Source: an uncultured Flavobacteriales bacterium
Lineage (GTDB): Bacteria; Bacteroidota; Bacteroidia; Flavobacteriales_D; Sanyastnellaceae
DNA length: 58,493 bases
Reading direction: 5' to 3'
Assembly (NCBI GenBank): GCA_937967465.1
Contig: CALBSW010000046.1
Span: 1 to 58,493, forward strand
Shown here: positions 43,679-51,288 of the stretch, piece by piece
How the letters are laid out: every line of letters begins with the position of its first letter
Position numbering within the stretch: position 1 is the stretch's first letter
Notes under the pieces: generated by a model
Databases searched by the model: none
The model's input: only the letters and a program-made list of their open reading frames with translations
Told to the model about the DNA's origin: nothing
Position numbers and translations under genes: made by a program

Positions 43679-46072
43679 ATGTTCCGCTCCTTTTCCACGG
43701 CCGTTTTGGCCCTCCTCCTCAGTCTGGGACTCCCCACCTTGTTGCTTGCCCAAGATGTGACCTTGAGCGGTCGGATCCTGGATGCCGAGACGGGGGAATA
43801 CATCCTGGGCGCCACTGTCATCGCGGAGGGACAGAACATGGGCACGGCCTCCAACACCTATGGTTTCTACAGCCTGACCCTGCCCCGAGGTGAGTACACC
43901 TTGAACTGGTCGTTCATCGGGTACAAGACGGCAACACGGACCATCCAACTGGTTGCCGACCAGACGCTGGACATTGAGTTGTCGCCCAACGTCATTGCGG
44001 TCGGAGCGGCTGAAGTGGAGGCCGACCGGTCCGCCAACACGCAGAGCACGGACCTGGGCAAGGCGAAAGTCGGCGTCGAAACCATCAAGAGCCTCCCTGC
44101 CCTGCTCGGAGAGGTCGACGTCCTCAAGGTCATCCAGTTCCTTCCGGGCATCCAGAGTGCTGGCGAAGGCAACAGTGGCTTTTACGTCCGGGGAGGTGGC
44201 CCCGACCAGAACCTCGTTCTCGTGGACGACGCAGTGGTCTACAACGCCTCCCACCTCTTTGGCTTCTTCAGTGTCTTCAACCCCGATGCCGTCAAGGACA
44301 TCGAAGTGACCAAGGGCACCATGCCCGCCCGATTCGGTGGCCGCGTGTCCTCCGTATTGGACATCGGCCTGAAAGAAGGCAATGCACGCCAAAGCGTGGT
44401 CAGTGGCGGATTGGGATTGATCAGCTCGCGGCTCACCGTAGAAGCCCCCCTCGTCGAAGACACGGCCAGCTTCATCATCAGCGGTCGGCGAACCTACATC
44501 GACGTGCTCGCCAAGCCCTTCGTCAACCCGGAGAGCGCCTTTGCCGGATCGGGGTATTACTTCTACGACCTCAATGCCAAGGTCAATTGGCGGGCGTCGC
44601 GGAAGAACCAATTCTACCTGAGCAGCTATTTCGGACGGGACGTCTTCAACTTCCGCTCCAATGCGGCCGACTTCTCCAGCCGCATCCCCTGGGGCAATGC
44701 GACGGTCACGGGACGCTGGAACCACGTCATCAGCGACAAGGCCTTTCTCACCACCACGGCCACCTACAGCGATTATGAATTCGCCTTCGAGTCCCAGCAG
44801 GACAGCCTGGTCTTCGGGTTCCGCAGCGGCATCGACGACCGCGGCCTGAAAACGCGGCTCATCCTGTATCCCAACGCCCGGCATACGGTTCGGGCCGGGG
44901 TGGAATACACCTACCACACCTTTCTGCCGACGGAATTCTACGCGAGCAGCAACGGGGTGGACTTCGACCTTGGGGAAGCCGTTCGCACCAAGAGCCACGA
45001 AATCGGCGTCTATCTCGAAGACGAATTCGATGTCACGGAAAAGCTCCGCATCAACGCCGGCTTGCGCCACAGCACCTTCATCCAGACCGGCCCCTTCACC
45101 CGGTATATGCCTCCTGCAGAGGACGATCCGCTCAGCGGGACAACCGCACCGGAAGAAATCCGATACGCACCCGGGGACGTGGTCGCCCAATACAGCGGAT
45201 TTGAACCCCGCTTCTCCCTTCGCTGGATCACCGGCCCCAGGAGCTCCATCAAAGCTGGCGTCGGACGCAACCTGCAATACATCCACCTCGCCTCCCTGTC
45301 CCCCACGTCCCTGCCCGGCGACATCTGGCTCCCCAGCTCGGACCGCGTCAGACCGCAGGAGGGGACGCAGGTCTCTGCGGGATGGTTCCGGGACCTCGGA
45401 GCGGACCGCAACGTGGAATTCTCACTGGAGGCCTATCACAAATGGCTCAACAATCTGGTCGCTTATGCCGAAGGCACCAGCCCCCAGGACAACATTGCAG
45501 ACAACGTCGACAACAACCTCGTTTTTGGCACAGGAACGAGCTACGGCGCCGAGCTTTTCCTCAAGCGGAAGCGCGGCGAATGGACGGGTTGGCTGGGCTA
45601 CACCTGGAGCAAGACCGACCGCCAATTCGATGAACTCAATGGCGGGCTCCCGTTTGCGGCGAGGTACGACCGCCGGCACGACCTGAGCATCATCCTCGAA
45701 TGGACCCTGAACGAGCGCTGGAAATTCGGCGGCACGTTCATCTACGGCACTGGGAACGCCATCACGGTTCCGGTGCAGCGGTACTTCGTGGATGGCAACC
45801 TGCTCGACGTCTATGGCCCACGGAACGGATTCCGCATGCCATCCTACCATCGGGCTGACTTTGGCGCCACCCACGACCCCAGGGTGAAGCCCGGCAAGAA
45901 GCGGCGCGGACAATGGGTGTTCTCCGTCTACAATCTGTACAATCGGCAGAACCCCTACTTCATCTATTTCGGGAACGATGGCAACATCGCAGAGGGCACG
46001 TTGGACATCCAGGCGTACCAGGTGAGCCTCTTCCCCATTTTGCCATCGGTCACCTGGAACTTCAAGTTCTAA
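43679..46072 (+). CDS. TonB-dependent receptor with an N-terminal CarboxypepD_reg domain
   Basis: Signal peptide, then LSGRILDAETGEYILGATVIAEGQNMGTASNTYGFYSLTLPRGEYTLNWSFIGYKT. Plug region PALLGEVDVLKVIQFLPGIQSAGEGNSGFYVRGG. The barrel terminates in ...PSVTWNFKF. Confidence 0.9.
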   Translation: MFRSFSTAVLALLLSLGLPTLLLAQDVTLSGRILDAETGEYILGATVIAEGQNMGTASNTYGFYSLTLPRGEYTLNWSFIGYKTATRTIQLVADQTLDIELSPNVIAVGAAEVEADRSANTQSTDLGKAKVGVETIKSLPALLGEVDVLKVIQFLPGIQSAGEGNSGFYVRGGGPDQNLVLVDDAVVYNASHLFGFFSVFNPDAVKDIEVTKGTMPARFGGRVSSVLDIGLKEGNARQSVVSGGLGLISSRLTVEAPLVEDTASFIISGRRTYIDVLAKPFVNPESAFAGSGYYFYDLNAKVNWRASRKNQFYLSSYFGRDVFNFRSNAADFSSRIPWGNATVTGRWNHVISDKAFLTTTATYSDYEFAFESQQDSLVFGFRSGIDDRGLKTRLILYPNARHTVRAGVEYTYHTFLPTEFYASSNGVDFDLGEAVRTKSHEIGVYLEDEFDVTEKLRINAGLRHSTFIQTGPFTRYMPPAEDDPLSGTTAPEEIRYAPGDVVAQYSGFEPRFSLRWITGPRSSIKAGVGRNLQYIHLASLSPTSLPGDIWLPSSDRVRPQEGTQVSAGWFRDLGADRNVEFSLEAYHKWLNNLVAYAEGTSPQDNIADNVDNNLVFGTGTSYGAELFLKRKRGEWTGWLGYTWSKTDRQFDELNGGLPFAARYDRRHDLSIILEWTLNERWKFGGTFIYGTGNAITVPVQRYFVDGNLLDVYGPRNGFRMPSYHRADFGATHDPRVKPGKKRRGQWVFSVYNLYNRQNPYFIYFGNDGNIAEGTLDIQAYQVSLFPILPSVTWNFKF

Positions 46073-46077
46073 CTTCG
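46070..46077 (+). promoter_or_regulatory. TAACTTCG box built on the receptor's TAA stop, 5 nt upstream of the ABC gene ATG
   Basis: Sequence is ttctaacttcgccgacATG. Confidence 0.4.
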
Positions 46078-46082
46078 CCGAC

Positions 46083-47978
46083 ATGGGCGCACTCGCGGCA
46101 CTGAATCCTTATTTCTGGAAGTACCGTGGCCGCCTGTTCCTCGGATTCGTCTTTGTGTTCCTGACCAATGCGTTTGCCGTCTTCGCTCCGGTGGTGATCG
46201 GGGAAGGGGTCAACGCCTTGCAGGCAGCCTACACCACCTTCTTGCTCCCCCTCTCCAACGGGGTTCCACCGGCAGAAGTGTTCCGAGACGCGGCGCTTGC
46301 CCTGCCCCCGACCCTCTCGGCCATGGCAGACTGGTTCTCCATCGAGCTGGCCACATTGCAGGCCCCCACCAACCGGGAAGAAGTCGTTCAGGCAGTGGGC
46401 ATCATCGCCGGACTGCAGGCCGTCCTCTACCTGATCGCGTATTTCCTCAAAGGGGTGTTCTCTTTCATGACCCGGCAGACCATCATCGTGATGAGCCGCT
46501 TCATCGAATACGACCTCAAGGCGGCGATCTACGATCAATACCAGCGCCTCCCCTTGGCCTTCTACAAGGTGAATGCCACCGGAGATCTGATGAACCGCAT
46601 TTCCGAGGATGTCTCCAAAGTGCGCATGTACCTCGGCCCTGCGGTGATGTATGGCTTGACGCTCGTGACCATGATGGTCCTGACCATTGGGGTCATGGTG
46701 CGCATCGACCCCATCTTGACGCTGTGGTCCTTGGCCCCGCTGCCATTCATGAGTGTGGCCGTGTATTTCGTGAGCGCGCGCATTCACCAAAAAAGCGATG
46801 CCGTACAAAGCCAGCAAAGCCTGCTGAGCGCCATGGTCCAACAGGCCTATGCCGGCATTCGGGTCTTGGTGGCCCACCGCCGCGAGGCGCGGGCAGAATC
46901 GCGGTTTGCAGCAGAGGCGGACCGCTACAAGACGCGCACGCTGGACCTTGTCAAGGTGGACGCCTTGTTCATGCCCATCATCGTGATGCTGGTCGGACTC
47001 AGCACAGTGCTGACCATTTACGTGGGCGGTTTGAGGGTCCTTTCAGGCGACTTGGAATTGGGACACATCTTCCAATTCGTCTTTTACGTCAACCTCTTGA
47101 CGTGGCCCTTCGCCAGCATCGGCTGGGTCACCTCGCTGGTGCAGAAGGCCTCGGCGAGTCAGGCCCGCATCAATGCTTTTCTCGATGTGGCTCCGGACAT
47201 CGCGAGCCCGGCTTCTCCCGCACGGACAGGAGACATCCAAGGTCGGATCGCCTTCCGAAATGTTGGACTGACTTACCCCGATTCCGGCATCCGCGCACTG
47301 GACGACATCAGTTTTGAGCTCCATCCCGGACAGACCCTCGCGGTCATCGGCCGGACGGGAAGTGGGAAGAGTACGCTCGCCCAGATGGTCGCCAGGCTCT
47401 ACGACCCCACCGATGGCGTGGTGGAACTCGACGGCGTCCCCTTGACCGCGCATTCGCTGGATGCGTTGCGGGCAGCCATCGGCTATGTGCCCCAAGATGT
47501 CTTCCTGTTTTCGGACAGCATCCGCGGCAACATCGCCTTCGGCGTGGACGATGCCGACATGGCGGACATCGAACAAGCCGCGCGGGACGCAGACGTCCAC
47601 GACAACATCGCCGGTTTCCCGGAGGGGTATGACACCCTGCTGGGCGAACGTGGCGTGAACCTCAGTGGCGGACAAAAGCAACGCATCTCCATTGCCCGCG
47701 CCATCCTGCGGCGGCCGCGCATTTTGATTTTCGATGATTGCCTCAGCGCGGTCGATACGGAGACCGAAGCCAACATCCTGGGGAACCTGAGCCGCATCAT
47801 GGAAGGCCGGACCTCGCTCATTGTGTCGCACCGGGTCTCCACCGTTCGATCGGCTGACCTGATTCTGGTCTTGAACGAAGGGCGAATCGTGGAGCGCGGC
47901 ACGCACGACGACCTCATTGCCCTCAATGGGGAGTACGCCGAGCTGCACCGCAATCAGCAGCGCGGCGAGACGACATAA
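46083..47978 (+). CDS. ABC half-transporter (fused 6-TM permease + ATPase, MsbA/exporter-fold type)
   Basis: Walker A GRTGSGKST, signature LSGGQKQRISIARA and Walker B ILIFDDCLSAVD. N-terminal ABC_membrane domain. Confidence 0.9.
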   Translation: MGALAALNPYFWKYRGRLFLGFVFVFLTNAFAVFAPVVIGEGVNALQAAYTTFLLPLSNGVPPAEVFRDAALALPPTLSAMADWFSIELATLQAPTNREEVVQAVGIIAGLQAVLYLIAYFLKGVFSFMTRQTIIVMSRFIEYDLKAAIYDQYQRLPLAFYKVNATGDLMNRISEDVSKVRMYLGPAVMYGLTLVTMMVLTIGVMVRIDPILTLWSLAPLPFMSVAVYFVSARIHQKSDAVQSQQSLLSAMVQQAYAGIRVLVAHRREARAESRFAAEADRYKTRTLDLVKVDALFMPIIVMLVGLSTVLTIYVGGLRVLSGDLELGHIFQFVFYVNLLTWPFASIGWVTSLVQKASASQARINAFLDVAPDIASPASPARTGDIQGRIAFRNVGLTYPDSGIRALDDISFELHPGQTLAVIGRTGSGKSTLAQMVARLYDPTDGVVELDGVPLTAHSLDALRAAIGYVPQDVFLFSDSIRGNIAFGVDDADMADIEQAARDADVHDNIAGFPEGYDTLLGERGVNLSGGQKQRISIARAILRRPRILIFDDCLSAVDTETEANILGNLSRIMEGRTSLIVSHRVSTVRSADLILVLNEGRIVERGTHDDLIALNGEYAELHRNQQRGETT

Positions 47979-47987
47979 GGCCGGACA

Positions 47988-50027
47988 TCAGCACGTGGCC
48001 CCGAGCAGACCGAGCATGAGCAGCAGGTCAGCGACCCCAACGTGCTCATCGAAATTGAGGTCGGCCTCGAAGAATCCCGAACTGCCGTAGAGATTGAGGA
48101 ATTCAAGCAAATCCTGAATGGTGACCATGTCGTCGCCATTCAGGTCACCGGGGCACCCTCCGTCCAGCTGTTCCAAGCCGAGGATATGCCCATTGCAATC
48201 GTTGTCCACTCCCATCAGTGTGGGGCCTGCCCCAGGGTACATGGTCGCATCCAAGTCGTTGCAATCCTGCCCCACATCAAAATGGGCGCCCGGTGGCGGA
48301 ACGCAGGCTTCATACTGTGTGGGCCCCGGAACGCCATCCCCGTCCAAATCGAGGAAGAAAGGAATGGACAAACCATCTTCATCAATGGTGGCGTCGCAAT
48401 CGTTGTCCACCCCATCACAAAGGTCCACGGCACCAGGACGGACATTCTCGTCTGCATCATTGCAATCGCCTCCGACATGGGCATAGCCCGGTCCTGGACA
48501 GCAGCCCGACACGGCCCCATCAAAAACCCCATACCCATCGCCATCGGCGTCCGGGTAATGCAAGGCGTCTTCGGTGACATCCACATAGTACCGTCCAGCA
48601 TGCACAGCTCCTTCGGCCTCGGCGCGGAGGATGAAATTGCCCATCCCATCCCAGTCGAAGCCCGTCAGAAGGACTTCGAATTCTCCCGGACCTGACAACA
48701 CGGTTTCCGACATCCACGCCACACCCTCCGGCAACGTCAAGTTCACCGGCCCCTCGATGCACTCCTGCACTTCCAGCCGCAGCCGCAACGTATCGGACGG
48801 GCATACCGCAGAGAATTCCGGCCATCCCGTCACCAACTGGGTCCGGATGAGAAACAAGCCCTCATCCTGGTCGGATACGGCGATGGTGCCAGAATCGAAA
48901 TACGGGTAATTGCTCCAACTCCCGGCGAAACCTGGACCGTCCGAATCAGGCTGGGTATCGAAGTGCCCCGTGGCCACCAAGGTGGTGTCTGAACCGGGAT
49001 GAAATCGGAACAAACGGTACCCATCCTGGTAGTTGCTCTGGTGCACCCAGGGACCACGGACGTACAGATTGTGGTCCGTACCGTGGGTTCCAAGAGATTC
49101 GGAAGACACCAGGAATGGCGCGTCCAGATCGGACACATCGAACACGTAGGTCGTGGTCTCATCGACGATGCCCGCGCTCTCGTCGCCTTCATCTCCCAAC
49201 AGAAAATGGCTGTGGTCCTCGCTGAGCCAACCCTGATGTACATACCCGTACGGCACTGGCCCCGTCACGGACAGCTCCACGATGTCCAGGGGATCGGTGA
49301 CATCCAAAATGCGAATGTTGTCCGATGCACTGACGACCGCGATGTGCTTGCCCACGTGCTCTGAATCCGGCCCTTGGTAGAGAACAACATGGGCGTCGTG
49401 CACGTACGATTCGCTCCAACTGCCGACCAGCACAGGGGCATCCCCTTGACTGAAATCGTAAATCAACAGCCCATCAATGGCACTTGGACCGCAGACGTAG
49501 ACCATGGAATCCGACTCAAGGACCGCCACGTTGTGCGCCTTGGAAAATCCCGAGACCAAGGTGTCCGTGCTGAACGTGATCGGGGGTCCAATGACGGTAT
49601 GGTCCCGAAGTCGGGTGAGGTCAAACACCTGCAGGCGGGACTGCTGTGCCTCGCTGACCACCACCATGTGATGTCCAACGACCTTGACGTCTCGCCACAA
49701 ACTGTTGGCCAAGCCTGTCGCAGGCAATTCACCCACAATGCGCGGCAAGGAGGGGTCGGTCACGTCGACGAACCATGTTCCATCGCGTTGACCGAACAAC
49801 ACATATTCACGGCCATCCTCAGGATCGGTCCAACCCCAGAGGTCGTTGGCGTTCAAGCCTCCCATGTCTGCATTGGGTACATGGGCCAACAACTCGACGG
49901 ATTCGCACGGCCATTGTCCCTGAATCCAGCCATTGACACACTTTCCTTGCCCCCACATGGACATGGAAGACACCCCCATAAGCCAAAGCAGGAGCCCGTA
50001 ACCGGGATGAGAAAAAGCGCGAAGCAT
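47988..50027 (-). CDS. Secreted choice-of-anchor-B/LVIVD-repeat beta-propeller protein with MopE-like Cys/Asp motifs and a dockerin-like C-terminal pair
   Basis: N-terminal ...CESVELLAHVPNADMGGLNANDLWGWTDPEDGREYVLFGQRDGTWFVDVTDPSLP. Motifs DADGDGYG...CNDADENVRPGAVDLCDGVDNDCD and DLDGDG...CNDLDATMYPG...VDNDCNG. The terminal region is GDLNGDDMVTIQDLLEFL...ADLNFDEHVGVADLLLML. Confidence 0.7.
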   Translation of the reverse strand: MLRAFSHPGYGLLLWLMGVSSMSMWGQGKCVNGWIQGQWPCESVELLAHVPNADMGGLNANDLWGWTDPEDGREYVLFGQRDGTWFVDVTDPSLPRIVGELPATGLANSLWRDVKVVGHHMVVVSEAQQSRLQVFDLTRLRDHTVIGPPITFSTDTLVSGFSKAHNVAVLESDSMVYVCGPSAIDGLLIYDFSQGDAPVLVGSWSESYVHDAHVVLYQGPDSEHVGKHIAVVSASDNIRILDVTDPLDIVELSVTGPVPYGYVHQGWLSEDHSHFLLGDEGDESAGIVDETTTYVFDVSDLDAPFLVSSESLGTHGTDHNLYVRGPWVHQSNYQDGYRLFRFHPGSDTTLVATGHFDTQPDSDGPGFAGSWSNYPYFDSGTIAVSDQDEGLFLIRTQLVTGWPEFSAVCPSDTLRLRLEVQECIEGPVNLTLPEGVAWMSETVLSGPGEFEVLLTGFDWDGMGNFILRAEAEGAVHAGRYYVDVTEDALHYPDADGDGYGVFDGAVSGCCPGPGYAHVGGDCNDADENVRPGAVDLCDGVDNDCDATIDEDGLSIPFFLDLDGDGVPGPTQYEACVPPPGAHFDVGQDCNDLDATMYPGAGPTLMGVDNDCNGHILGLEQLDGGCPGDLNGDDMVTIQDLLEFLNLYGSSGFFEADLNFDEHVGVADLLLMLGLLGATC

Positions 50028-50055
50028 GACAGGTCTGGCCTCACAAGATACGAAA

Positions 50056-50091
50056 TTCGTCGACGATTTTTGCCTTTTTGTCGAATATCGA
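50056..50091. promoter_or_regulatory. Two palindromes sharing GTCGA/TCGAC half-sites in a divergent intergenic region (candidate operator)
   Basis: TCGTCGACGA (50056-50065) is a perfect 10-bp palindrome. GTCGA-ata-TCGAC lies at 50079-50091. Confidence 0.3.
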
Positions 50092-50149
50092 CGCACTGCT
50101 TTTCGGGACTGAGGAACACGGAGTCGCACATTGCGGTTGGAGTATTGAA

Positions 50150-51076
50150 ATGCCGGACCCTCAATTCCTTCCACAACGCGTCCTCATCACAGGCGCCACA
50201 GGCCTCGTGGGAAGGGCCCTTGTGGCGCGATTGCAGCAGGAGTTTCCGGCCATGCAACTGCGGGCACTGACCCGAAACCCAGAGCGAACGGACATGCCCG
50301 GCGTCACCCTGTTCGGATGGGACCCCACTTCCGGCCGCCTCGACGAAGCCGCACTGGACGGCCTGGACGGCCTGTTCCACCTCGCCGGAGAGACTGTCGC
50401 ACAACGCTGGACACCCGCCGTCCGAGACCGCATCCGCTCGAGCCGCATCGACAGCCTGAACCTCCTTCGCGCGTCCTGCGAAAGGCTGGGATTGGCACCC
50501 CGCATCGCATCGGCGAGCGCCATCGGATGGTATCCGGACAGCCCCCATGCCATGATGGAATCTGCACCTGCTGGAGAGGGGTTCATAGCAGACATTGTGC
50601 AAGAATGGGAGTCGGCTGCCCACCGATTTGGTGCGCTCGGAGGCGGACATGTGAGCTTGCGAATCGGGCTGGTCTTGTCTCCAAACGGCGGTGTCTTGTC
50701 CAAACTGTTGCCGGTGTACCGTGCCGGATTGGGCGCCCCACTGGCGCCAGGCACCCAATGGCAGAGCTGGATTCACCTCGACGATCTCGTCGCATTGTTC
50801 ATCCATGCCATGACCCACTCCGCGTGGCAAGGGAGCTACAATGCCGTCAGCCCCCAACCGGTGACCCAACGCGCCTTCAGCGAGGCACTCGCCGACACCC
50901 TGAATCGTCCGCATTTTTTGCCGGCGGTGCCACGTTTCGCGCTGCGCATTGCATACGGAGAGGCCGCAAATGCCCTGCTGGCCTCCAACCGGATCTTGCC
51001 GGACAGGACCACCACCTCAGGATTTGAATTCCAGCACGTTGAACTGCGGGGCGCCTTGGCCTCCCTGTTGCGCTGA
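50150..51076 (+). CDS. TIGR01777-family NAD-dependent epimerase/dehydratase-like protein (SDR fold + DUF1731)
   Basis: VLITGATGLVGRALVARL Rossmann motif. The C-terminus ...GFEFQHVELRGALASLL is typical of the YfcH/SDR39U1-like family. Confidence 0.8.
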   Translation: MPDPQFLPQRVLITGATGLVGRALVARLQQEFPAMQLRALTRNPERTDMPGVTLFGWDPTSGRLDEAALDGLDGLFHLAGETVAQRWTPAVRDRIRSSRIDSLNLLRASCERLGLAPRIASASAIGWYPDSPHAMMESAPAGEGFIADIVQEWESAAHRFGALGGGHVSLRIGLVLSPNGGVLSKLLPVYRAGLGAPLAPGTQWQSWIHLDDLVALFIHAMTHSAWQGSYNAVSPQPVTQRAFSEALADTLNRPHFLPAVPRFALRIAYGEAANALLASNRILPDRTTTSGFEFQHVELRGALASLLR

Positions 51077-51195
51077 TTCCACTCTGGAAGGGGTTCATCC
51101 CTCCCCAATCCACCCTGCACCGAATTTTTTTTTGAAGTCGTGTGAACTTGACACGGTTTGTGGTGTTCATATGACGACTCCGAACGAGGGGTTCT

Positions 51196-51230
51196 TGATC
51201 AGTAAGGTGTTAATGATCACGTTTGATTTG
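51196..51230 (+). promoter_or_regulatory. TGATCA-N12-TGATCA repeat followed by GTTTGATTTG (candidate operator + promoter for the photolyase gene)
   Basis: TGATCA occurs at 51196-51201 and 51214-51219. A TTGATTTG near-match to TAnnTTTG lies at 51223-51230, in the longest and most AT-rich intergenic region of the window. Confidence 0.3.
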
Positions 51231-51288
51231 CTGACGGCCCGGGCTTTTGCTCGGGCTGTCTCATTCTACCCCCTCCCATTCTCCACCC

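Noticed and set aside
47988-48200. The dockerin-like tail as evidence for a cellulosome-like system.
   Set aside because: No cohesin, scaffoldin or glycoside-hydrolase cluster is in the window, and dockerin-like EF-hand pairs occur widely outside cellulosomes. I kept it only as an architecture observation.
51125-51133. The T9 run downstream of the TIGR01777 gene as an intrinsic terminator.
   Set aside because: No stable GC-rich stem immediately precedes the T-run. The best pairing is a 3-bp GGG/CCC.
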